The position numbers and the translations under genes were made by a program. A stretch of 64,000 nucleotides of DNA from Dehalococcoidia bacterium (GTDB taxonomy: Bacteria; Chloroflexota; Dehalococcoidia; Lucifugimonadales; QGNO01). The DNA lies in assembly GCA_965220545.1 (NCBI GenBank), contig CBDCQF010000009.1, positions 84,660-148,659 on the forward strand, in the 5' to 3' direction. Below are positions 56,148-64,000 of the stretch, piece by piece. The notes below the pieces were generated by a model. That model did not search any database and was not told the origin of the DNA. It worked only from the letters and a program-made list of their open reading frames with translations. Position 1 is the stretch's first letter. The number at the start of each line of letters is the position of its first letter.

Positions 56148-57572
56148 TCAGGAGACGGGGGGCAGGAACCCCGCCCAGGGCCGCGCCTCCTCGAAAGCGG
56201 CGGAAGCCTGCAGAACGGTTGCTTCATCGCCTTTGTGGCCAATGATCTGCAAGCCCACCGGCATACCTTCGCTATTGAAACCGCAGGGAACGCTGGACGC
56301 GGTGTGCCCGCTCATGTTTATGGGGAACGTGAGCGGCGTGAAGCCCCAGAACGCGCCCACCTCCTTGCCGTCGATGATGGTAGGACGCTCCTCCACGGGG
56401 AAGGCCGCCGTGGCCAAGGTAGGCGTAAGCAGCAGGTCGTACTGGGTCACTATGTTATTCATTTGGTAGCGGTGCCATTCCAGGCCGTGCAGAGCCGAAG
56501 CGAGCCTGGAAGCGGGCCAGGTCACCGCCTCTTCCAGCATCTCCCTGAGCTGGTAGGTGTACTCATCAGCGCGGGTCTCCAGCAACTCGGTATTCACAGC
56601 GGCGTAGTCGGAAAGCCAGATGATCATGAATATGTTGCGCAGATTGTCATGGTCTATGGGCATGTCCGCATGCTCTACGGTTGCGCCAAGCTCTTCGAAG
56701 ACATGCGCCGCCTCTTCAGTGATGCGGCGCACCTCCGGGTCCACCGCCAGCGACCCCATGTCGGGGCTCCAGCCTATTCTCAGTCCGGCAACACCCTTTT
56801 CCAGATTAGCCGAAAAGTCCGGTGGGTCTTCCTGGAGAGCGATGGCATCATCCGGATCAGGGCCGGCCATAACCTGGAGCAGCATAGCCGTATCCCGCAC
56901 GGTGCGGGTCATGGGGCCGTTCTGGGAGAACTGTCCCCATCCACCTGGGCCTTTATAAGGCCTGGACACCCTACCCTGCGTGGGCTTGATGCCAAAGGTG
57001 CCACAGAGACTGGACGGAATCCGTATTGACCCTCCGCCGTCGCTGCCCTGTGCCAGGGGGTGCAATCCGGCGGCAAGGCCTGCGCCGGCGCCTCCGCTGG
57101 AACCTCCCGGTGTACGCTCAGTATCCCAGGGGTTGCGGCACGGCTCACCCAGCCTGTTTTCGGTAGTGGCAGAAGCGCCGAACTCAGGAGTATTGGTCTT
57201 GCCCAGAATAACGGCTCCTGCTTCTTTGATGCGTCTGACCACCGGTTCGTCGGTCTGCGGGACAAAGTCTTTGAACAATAAGGAGCCCCTGGTTGTGCGC
57301 ACTCCCTTGGTCATGTTGAGGTCCTTGATGGAGATGGGGATGCCGTGCAGCGGGCCCAGCGGTTGACCGGATTGAATGGCAGCCTCTGCCTGCTTAGCGT
57401 CTTGCATCGCTTCATCAGCGGTAACGGTGAGATAGGCGTTCAGGTTATGGTCCAAAGCCTCTATGCGCCTCAGATAAAGCTCGGTCAGCTCCACGGGCGA
57501 GACCTGCTTTGACGCCATCATGTCTCGCAGTTTCCAAGCCGGGGTAAAAGCTAGCTCTTGATCAGTAGTCAT
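56148..57572 (-). CDS. Amidase-signature family amidase
   Basis: GGSSGG, GSDGGGSIRIPS, Ser-cisSer-Lys context; ATG 57572 after an AGGGAGGGA SD. Confidence 0.9.
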   Translation of the reverse strand: MTTDQELAFTPAWKLRDMMASKQVSPVELTELYLRRIEALDHNLNAYLTVTADEAMQDAKQAEAAIQSGQPLGPLHGIPISIKDLNMTKGVRTTRGSLLFKDFVPQTDEPVVRRIKEAGAVILGKTNTPEFGASATTENRLGEPCRNPWDTERTPGGSSGGAGAGLAAGLHPLAQGSDGGGSIRIPSSLCGTFGIKPTQGRVSRPYKGPGGWGQFSQNGPMTRTVRDTAMLLQVMAGPDPDDAIALQEDPPDFSANLEKGVAGLRIGWSPDMGSLAVDPEVRRITEEAAHVFEELGATVEHADMPIDHDNLRNIFMIIWLSDYAAVNTELLETRADEYTYQLREMLEEAVTWPASRLASALHGLEWHRYQMNNIVTQYDLLLTPTLATAAFPVEERPTIIDGKEVGAFWGFTPLTFPINMSGHTASSVPCGFNSEGMPVGLQIIGHKGDEATVLQASAAFEEARPWAGFLPPVS

Positions 57573-57686
57573 ACGTCCCTCCCTACGTATTGGAAACACT
57601 AGTCTAGTTTCTTGAAAGGGACACTGCAACAGTTGGATAAAGGGTGGTTTGGGATTATCATTGCTGATACTCAAACGGAGGAAGAG

Positions 57687-58772
57687 ATGCTAAAGAGTTT
57701 TACCATACCAGAAGAGGACATGCTGCTGGTGCAGGAAGCCGACCTTCACCGGACGGTAAGCGCCATCTTTCAAAAACTGAACGTGCCGCAAGCCGATGCC
57801 GAGGTTGGGGCAAGCGTGCTGGTATCCGCCGACCTAAGGGGCATAGACAGCCACGGCGTATCCAATCAGTTGCGCAAATACGTAGCCGACTACAACGGCG
57901 GACTCCTAAACCCACGACCCAACGTGAGAATAGTGCGGGAGACTCCTGCCACGGCCAACATAGATTCAGACAGAGGCCTGGGAATCATTACTACGCCCGC
58001 AGCCATGGAGGTCGCCATCCGAAAGGCCCAAAATACGGGGATAGGAATGGTCACGGTGCACAACGGCAAGCACCTGGGCATGGCTTCTTATCATTCAATG
58101 ATGGCGCTGGAGCACGACATGATTGGAGTGTGCATGACCAGCACGCGTCCATCAGTACTGCCAACGTTTGGCCGTGAGCCGCGCCTGGGCACCAATCCCA
58201 TAGCCGTAGCAGCGCCGGCGAAGAGCGAACCTCCGTTTGTGCTGGACATGGCTACCAGCGCCGTTGCGTCCAACAAGTTCGATCTGGCAAAGAGACTAGA
58301 GATCGACGTAGAGGGCGGCTGGCTTTCCGACAAGAGCGGAACTCCCATCATGGCGCCGACGCCCCTTCCAGACGTGTACCACGGGCTACCGCTGGGCGCT
58401 ACCAGAGAGCTGGGGTCGCACAAGGGGTACGGTCTGGGAGCAGTGGTAGATATCCTGTGCGGCATTCTCTCAGGAAACGGCTCCGGCATGATATCGGGAG
58501 CCGTGGGAAACTATTCCCACATGGTGGCGGCCTATCGCATAGACGCTTTCGCCCCTGTCGACCAGTTCAAGGAGATGATGGACGAATTCCTACGGACGTT
58601 GAGGGAGACACCGGCAGCTCCGGGCCATGACCGCGTGCTTTACGCGGGACTCCCCGAGTTCGAGGTGGAACTACAACGCAAGGCCAATGGCATTCCTCTG
58701 CACCGCGAGGTAGTGGACTGGTTCAGAGACATCTGCGGGGAAATGGACATACCTTTCTTGCAGGCCGGGTAA
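57687..58772 (+). CDS. Ldh_2 family (malate/L-lactate/sulfolactate-type) NAD(P)H-dependent 2-oxo/2-hydroxyacid dehydrogenase
   Basis: ADLRGIDSHGV, HKGYGLG motifs; ATG 57687 after a GGAGGAAG SD. Confidence 0.85.
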   Translation: MLKSFTIPEEDMLLVQEADLHRTVSAIFQKLNVPQADAEVGASVLVSADLRGIDSHGVSNQLRKYVADYNGGLLNPRPNVRIVRETPATANIDSDRGLGIITTPAAMEVAIRKAQNTGIGMVTVHNGKHLGMASYHSMMALEHDMIGVCMTSTRPSVLPTFGREPRLGTNPIAVAAPAKSEPPFVLDMATSAVASNKFDLAKRLEIDVEGGWLSDKSGTPIMAPTPLPDVYHGLPLGATRELGSHKGYGLGAVVDILCGILSGNGSGMISGAVGNYSHMVAAYRIDAFAPVDQFKEMMDEFLRTLRETPAAPGHDRVLYAGLPEFEVELQRKANGIPLHREVVDWFRDICGEMDIPFLQAG

Positions 58773-58893
58773 GTGGGACGGACATGCAGGGGCTATTGAC
58801 GAAACACGTTTTCTGAGATATACCCTAATCGACAATGTGCCGCAGTATGCAACCACGCCTAATACAGTTGCATCTCAGCTTGAAGGAGGCAAG

Positions 58894-60042
58894 ATGGCTA
58901 GCGATTTGAAAGGTTTTGTTGAGGACGCCAAAAAGCTGATTGGCCAGGAGGTTGATGACGTTGCCCCAGGCACCGATCTGGCTGACTGGCTGACTATCCG
59001 CCGATTCTGTGCAGCGTTGGGCGATCCCAATCTGCTGTACAAAGACCCCAGCAGCGGGGTTGCCACCAAGTACAACAGCATGATAGCTCCCCCCACCTTT
59101 GTGGTGGCGGTGAGAACTCCCAACTCGGCAGGCCCCTACGTCAACAAACAGTACGGCGTCTCCCCATTCCTGACCCGCGCCTCCTTTGAATGGAGCGACA
59201 TCATCCGCGTCGGTGACCGACTGAATAGCAGCATCAAAGTCAGCGGCGCAGGAAACGCCGGTTCAACCTGGGGTCACGATTCTGCCCACGTGGAGTCGTC
59301 AGTGGTGTACCGCAACTCCTACGGAGGTCTCGTTGGCTGCGCCACGGGCGTCAACACCATGGTGGCTTACGAGCGCGGCAAGGATATGATAGAGCCCAGG
59401 GAGATCTACCGCTATTCCGACGAGGAAATCAGCCAGATAGAGAACGACATAGAGGCCGAACCCGAACCGCGCGGCAAGCTCCTGCGCTACTGGGACGACG
59501 TGGAAGTCGGTGAGAAGCTGCCTCAACTGGTCAAGGGCCCCCTGACGCTGTCCGACATGATGGCCTGGGTGGTAGCGGAAGCCAAGTCCTTGGCCCTGGG
59601 CGCTCTTGTCTACCACGACTTGAAGGACAAGTACCCAGGCAGAGTGGTTACCAACCCAACCACCAACTGGCCCTACTGGGACGCCGACCAGAGCTTCGAG
59701 GACATCCTCTCCTGCCAGGAGATGGGCTTCAAGTCGCCTCCAAGCCGCGGCATTCAGCGCGTCTGCCTGGCCGGACAGGTGCTCACTCACTGGATGGGCG
59801 ACGACGCCTTTGTCCGCAGCCTTGACATCTGCGTGCCGGAGCACTGGCTGTACGGCGACACCATGTGGCTCAACGGTGAAGTGACTCAGAAGCGCACCGA
59901 GCAGGTTGGATCCGAGACGTACTTTGCCGCAGACGTGAAGATCTCCGGAGTCAACCAGCTAGGCGCCACTGTGGCGGAAGGCACGGGGACCGTGTATCTG
60001 CCCAATCCAGGCCACCCGGTAACTCTGCCTATCCCTCACTAA
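58894..60042 (+). CDS. Double hotdog-fold (MaoC/FAS1-dehydratase-like) hydratase, paralog of 14127-15491
   Basis: FCAALGDPNLLYKD..MIAPPTFVVAV N-terminal dehydratase region; GAAGGAGG SD before ATG 58894. Confidence 0.7.
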   Translation: MASDLKGFVEDAKKLIGQEVDDVAPGTDLADWLTIRRFCAALGDPNLLYKDPSSGVATKYNSMIAPPTFVVAVRTPNSAGPYVNKQYGVSPFLTRASFEWSDIIRVGDRLNSSIKVSGAGNAGSTWGHDSAHVESSVVYRNSYGGLVGCATGVNTMVAYERGKDMIEPREIYRYSDEEISQIENDIEAEPEPRGKLLRYWDDVEVGEKLPQLVKGPLTLSDMMAWVVAEAKSLALGALVYHDLKDKYPGRVVTNPTTNWPYWDADQSFEDILSCQEMGFKSPPSRGIQRVCLAGQVLTHWMGDDAFVRSLDICVPEHWLYGDTMWLNGEVTQKRTEQVGSETYFAADVKISGVNQLGATVAEGTGTVYLPNPGHPVTLPIPH

Positions 60043-60176
60043 ATACGACGGGCGGCATGAACCCCGGATGGTATTAATCAAGGTGAACATGGCAAAGCGG
60101 CAGCTCATTGACTGGTGGGCTGTCGCTTTGTAATTATCGAGCTTGTATGGCTGAACGTTATGTTGCGAGGTGAAAG

Positions 60177-61508
60177 ATGAGCGGAGCGCTTGAAGGGGTG
60201 CGAATCATAGACTCCACTACCATGGTTGCCATGCCGACGGCGTTGCACATCATGGCGGACATGGGGGCGGAGGTGATCAAGGTCGACAGCCATACCCTTT
60301 TCAGAACGGAGGGTGGAGTATTCCCGGAAAACGATCCCGGCGAACGGCATTGGGACAGAGACGGCAGCTTCAACACACTGCAGAGAAGCAAGGTTGGTGT
60401 GACCCTGAATCTCAAAGAGGATGACTCCGTCAGAGCTTTCAAAGACATAGTCAGGGTGTCGGACGTAATCATAGAAAACAACCGGGCAGGCACCATGGAC
60501 CGCCTGGGCCTGGGCTATGAAGAGCTCCGTCAGGTCAAGCCGGACCTGATATATCTATCCAATACGGGGTTCGGGTATACGGGGCCATGGCGGCAGTATG
60601 CAGGAATAGGCAGAATGTTCGAGCTGACATGCGGCCTCAGCCAGTTCGCCGGCTACCCGGAGGAAGGCCCCCGCCGGGTCGGCATCTCCTTCTTCGATCA
60701 GCACGTGGGCTGGATGGCCGTATTCGCCGTGCTGGCCGCGCTGCATCACCGCAATAGCACCGGTGAGGGCCAATGGGTGGACTTCGCCATGTACCAGATA
60801 GGCGTTTCCACAATGGGCGACGCCCTCATGGACTACATCTCCAACGGCCGCAGCGGAACTTCCATGGGCAACAGGCACAACTACCTGGCGCCCCACGGGG
60901 TCTATCAGTGCAAGGGCGACGATAGGTGGATAGCCATCACCGCTGAGACGGACGACCAATGGGACGCCCTAGTCAGGGAGATGGGGTCTCCGGCGTGGGC
61001 GGAGGAAGACAGGTTTGCCGACCCCATATTCCGCTTGCGCAACCAGGATGAGCTTGACGACCACATAAGCGAGTGGACAAAGGACAAAGACCAGACGGCG
61101 CTGATGAATCAGCTCCAGAAAGCAGGCGTTCCGGCCATAGCGGTAATGGACGGCAGGGACTTCACCCTGGACCCGCACATCACAGACCGCGAGTTCTTTG
61201 AAAGAGTCGCTCACCAACCGGAGACCGGCATTGGGACGCGTCTCTACTTTGGGCGGCCCTGGAAGATGTCCAAGACGCCTTCGTATATTCGCAGGCCCGC
61301 TCCCATGCTGGGCGAGCACAACGAGTACGTATTGAGCGAGCTCCTGGGCATAGACGAGGCCGACATCGCAAGGATGTATGAGACCAATGCCATAGGAAAG
61401 GAGCCGGTCAACCCGGGAACCGCTAGGCCGACCAACCTTCAGAAGCAAGTGGACGAAGGCGCCGTGGCTGCCATCGATCCGGACTACAGAAAGAAGCTGA
61501 GGATTTAG
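60177..61508 (+). CDS. Family III (CaiB/BaiF) acyl-CoA transferase
   Basis: LEGVRIIDSTTMVAMP..ADMGAEVIKV, ..VIIENNRAGTMDRLGLGYE.. pattern. Confidence 0.9.
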   Translation: MSGALEGVRIIDSTTMVAMPTALHIMADMGAEVIKVDSHTLFRTEGGVFPENDPGERHWDRDGSFNTLQRSKVGVTLNLKEDDSVRAFKDIVRVSDVIIENNRAGTMDRLGLGYEELRQVKPDLIYLSNTGFGYTGPWRQYAGIGRMFELTCGLSQFAGYPEEGPRRVGISFFDQHVGWMAVFAVLAALHHRNSTGEGQWVDFAMYQIGVSTMGDALMDYISNGRSGTSMGNRHNYLAPHGVYQCKGDDRWIAITAETDDQWDALVREMGSPAWAEEDRFADPIFRLRNQDELDDHISEWTKDKDQTALMNQLQKAGVPAIAVMDGRDFTLDPHITDREFFERVAHQPETGIGTRLYFGRPWKMSKTPSYIRRPAPMLGEHNEYVLSELLGIDEADIARMYETNAIGKEPVNPGTARPTNLQKQVDEGAVAAIDPDYRKKLRI

Positions 61509-61513
61509 CGCCC

Positions 61514-62737
61514 ATGACTACAACAACCGGACTGGGAGAATACAAAGTTCTGGATTTGAGCACGGGGATATCCGGGCCGTTTGCAGCCAGGCTGTTCGGT
61601 GATTACGGTTCAGACGTAATCAAAATAGAATCGCCCGGCGTGGGGGACCCGTCTCGACGCCTTGGGCCGTTCCATCATGACGAGCCACACCCGGAGAAGA
61701 GCCTGTCTTATTTCTACCTGAACAACAACAAGAGAGGGGTTACCCTCAACCTGGAAACGGCAGAAGGCAGGGAAATCTTCAAGGAGATGCTGAAGAAAGC
61801 TGACGGCGTTGTAGAAAGCTACGACCCGGGCTATCTGGACAGCCTTGGACTGGGCTACGGAGAGATGGAACAAATCAACCCGCGACTTGTGGTGACATCC
61901 ATCACGCCGTTTGGACAGAGTGGCCCGTACAGAGACTTCCAGGGGAACGATCTTCTGTACCAGGCCATGGGCGGCATCATGTACACCAGCGGAGCCTACG
62001 GCCGGGAGCCGCTCAAACACGGCCATCCCCAAACGCTCTGGATGGGCGGCATCATAGCGGCTTATGCAACATCGGCGGCGCTGTTTACGGCCAGGCTGAA
62101 CGGCCAGGGGCAAAGCATCGACCTATCGATGGCTGAAGTAGCGGCCTCACACCACTACACCTCTTCCATCAGGTACATCTACAACGGCTCCATAGAGAGG
62201 CGCGCTCCCAAGGTAGAAAGCGGCTCGACCAAGGGCACCAAGTTCGAGGGTATAGTCCCCTCTCAAGACGGGCACATAGGCCCCACTTTCCAAAAGGGCC
62301 GGCAACGCGCATCGTTTGCGGAATACATTGGCCTACTGGACCGTGCTGACCTGGACGACCCGAGGTTTGCCACGGAGGCAGAGCGCCAGCAGCATCTGGA
62401 GGAGATAGACGAGGTTCTGCTGCCGGTGTTAAAGGAGTGGAAGAAATTCGACTACTTCAATACCACAATGTCGGAAGGCTTTGTGGCGGCCGTGGTGCAG
62501 ACATCAGAAGACCTAGTGAACTGCCCCCAGCTAGCGGAAAGAGAGTACTTTACGGAAATAGAGCATCCCGTAATTGGGAAGACCAAGATACCAGGCGAAG
62601 TGTTCAGGCTGCCCAAAGCGCCGTGGGGCACAAGCCGTCCCGCACCAATACTGGGTCAGCACAACGAAGAGATATACTCAGCCCTTGGATATTCAAGAGA
62701 CGACCTGCTGCAATTGCGCCGGCAGGGTGTGATCTAG
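61514..62737 (+). CDS. Family III (CaiB/BaiF) acyl-CoA transferase
   Basis: YKVLDLSTGISGPFAARLFGDYGSDVIKIE, ..VVESYDPGYLDSLGLGY.. Confidence 0.9.
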   Translation: MTTTTGLGEYKVLDLSTGISGPFAARLFGDYGSDVIKIESPGVGDPSRRLGPFHHDEPHPEKSLSYFYLNNNKRGVTLNLETAEGREIFKEMLKKADGVVESYDPGYLDSLGLGYGEMEQINPRLVVTSITPFGQSGPYRDFQGNDLLYQAMGGIMYTSGAYGREPLKHGHPQTLWMGGIIAAYATSAALFTARLNGQGQSIDLSMAEVAASHHYTSSIRYIYNGSIERRAPKVESGSTKGTKFEGIVPSQDGHIGPTFQKGRQRASFAEYIGLLDRADLDDPRFATEAERQQHLEEIDEVLLPVLKEWKKFDYFNTTMSEGFVAAVVQTSEDLVNCPQLAEREYFTEIEHPVIGKTKIPGEVFRLPKAPWGTSRPAPILGQHNEEIYSALGYSRDDLLQLRRQGVI

Positions 62738-62813
62738 CAACAGCTCCTGTGGGGCGCGAACCGCCTAAGGTTGCCGAAAAAGAGATGCCCTGCCCGTCTG
62801 TTCTAAGCAAGCC

Positions 62814-63467
62814 CTATCTGTTCAGGGTGAACGGCGGGTAGCGGTCGGTAAGCCCGAAGAGCCAAGCACCCGTCCTGTAGTTCCAGCGCTGGACCCCAAC
62901 CACCAAGTCGAACATCCCTCGGGGGTACCTACCGGTTATGAGCACCGCCCAGTAGCCTATGTAAACGACTACGAGTGAAACTAAGCCCAAGGCGTAGAGA
63001 ATTATTAGGTGTGGAATGAGCAGAAGCGCCTTAAGAATGAAAAGCGCCCCAAGGAGCGCCAGTCCTCTGGATGAGGCATCCGGATAGTCCACCTCAAACC
63101 TTACGGGGTAGTCCACATCGCTCAGGCTAAACGGCGGGTATCTGTCTACCATGCCGTACATCCATGAGTCCGTCCTAGTACTCCATCGCTGGACGCTGAG
63201 TACGAAGGCAAAGAGGCCCTGGGGGTACCTGCCGGTTATGAGCACCGCCCAGTAGCCAATGTAGAAGGCAATAAAAAGGGCAATTCCGAGGAAGTAGAGA
63301 ATTATGATGTGTGGAATGAGCAGAAGTCCCTTGATGAAGAAAAGCACCCCAAGGAGCGCCAGTCCTCTGGATGGAGCCTCCGGATAGTCCACCTCAAACC
63401 GAACGGGATAGCCACTGTCTGCTGACTGCATCACTCTCCTCCTCACCGGGTAGACAGATTCGTCCAC
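62814..63467 (-). CDS. DUF4389-like membrane protein made of two tandem ~100-aa repeats
   Basis: YPVRFEVDYP(E/D)A(P/S)SRGLALLG..LLLIPH.IILY..GYWAVLITGRYP..RW..R......G..DRYPPF(S/T)L occurs twice. Confidence 0.75.
   Translation of the reverse strand: MDESVYPVRRRVMQSADSGYPVRFEVDYPEAPSRGLALLGVLFFIKGLLLIPHIIILYFLGIALFIAFYIGYWAVLITGRYPQGLFAFVLSVQRWSTRTDSWMYGMVDRYPPFSLSDVDYPVRFEVDYPDASSRGLALLGALFILKALLLIPHLIILYALGLVSLVVVYIGYWAVLITGRYPRGMFDLVVGVQRWNYRTGAWLFGLTDRYPPFTLNR
62830..63420. repeat. Intragenic 300-bp tandem duplication
   Basis: e.g. ccggttatgagcaccgcccagtagcc at 62932 and 63232; ccccaaggagcgccagtcctctggatg at 63047 and 63347 (exact 300-bp offset). Confidence 0.9.
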
Positions 63468-63551
63468 AGCTAAGCATGGTACCCTTGGGCGTACAATCGA
63501 AATTCTACCAGAATCTTGGAAGGAGTCGTCACATCATCGCCGTGGGTCGTC

Positions 63552-64000
63552 TTAGAGGTCGGCGTCCGGATCCCGATAGGGTCCTCCATGCAGGTTCCTA
63601 TACATTTCGCGGAATTCTTCCCTGCTTTCGGGGGAAGTGTGCTCAAGAAAAACACGATAGATGAGGTCCTCCAGTTCCTCTTCGTGCCCATACAGGTATT
63701 TCATCAAAGGAGTTCGATAACCAGTCTCCTCGTCAACCGTCAACTGAGACAACTCCTGTAGCGCTGATCTCATTGCTTCCTCGCCTATCGTGTCAAGTAG
63801 GGCCAGAAAGAGATTCTCCCCCATGCGGTACGCACAGGTGATCCGACCTGAATAGGTGGAGGCAGTCTTGATAGCAAGTATATTCTCCACTTCGTCGATC
63901 TCGATGCAACGTTGGACCTGTGATGCTACGTGGATTCTGCGGTCTTCAAGGTTTTGGACACCGGTAAGATGGTTGACGTACGCTTCGATGAACTCGGCCC
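63552..64000 (-). CDS. Hypothetical protein, C-terminal part; 5' end outside window
   Basis: Frame stays open from the track GTG (63890) to the window edge; no family recognised. Confidence 0.5.
   Translation of the reverse strand, partial: AEFIEAYVNHLTGVQNLEDRRIHVASQVQRCIEIDEVENILAIKTASTYSGRITCAYRMGENLFLALLDTIGEEAMRSALQELSQLTVDEETGYRTPLMKYLYGHEEELEDLIYRVFLEHTSPESREEFREMYRNLHGGPYRDPDADL

Overview
A 64-kb, mostly G+C-rich bacterial chromosome segment, densely packed with housekeeping and catabolic genes. Recognisable genes include ispH, an IMPase, an M16 peptidase, the H+/Na+-pyrophosphatase hppA, glyQS, frdABCD, lgt, folP-folK, acnA, plsY, tRNA-Pro, a penicillin-acylase-family hydrolase, an HpcH aldolase, several amidases and amidohydrolases, two family-III CoA-transferases and two paralogous double-hotdog hydratases. 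The paralog-rich catabolic content and the intergenic repeats resemble marine or sponge-associated Chloroflexota-like genomes, but I cannot verify taxonomy without a search.

Main observations:
1. Almost every intergenic gap holds a mosaic of about six short hairpin or 8-nt-periodic repeat modules. These modules generate most of the spurious ORFs in the track.
2. An IS110-family element is inserted precisely inside one such module. It has CT cores at both junctions, a reconstitutable junction promoter and guide-like 8-mers in its 5' arm.
3. A two-domain rhodanese carries an in-frame TGA exactly at the catalytic-Cys codon, followed by a SECIS-like hairpin. This is a selenocysteine candidate.
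4. A single NAD(P)-binding gene is bracketed by 20-bp terminal inverted repeats plus 8-bp direct repeats, resembling a mobile insertion cassette.
5. A visibly AT-richer two-gene operon (a wHTH-like protein and a 630-aa GHKL ATPase with an Ig-like region) sits next to an orphan sbcD. It is a candidate conflict or defence module of unknown type.
6. Further items: a VapBC pair, a coiled-coil/ER-type signal peptidase fusion, and a LexA-type box in front of an unpaired DNA-repair radical-SAM gene.

No rRNA, CRISPR array or prophage was seen. G+C statements are by eye, not computed.
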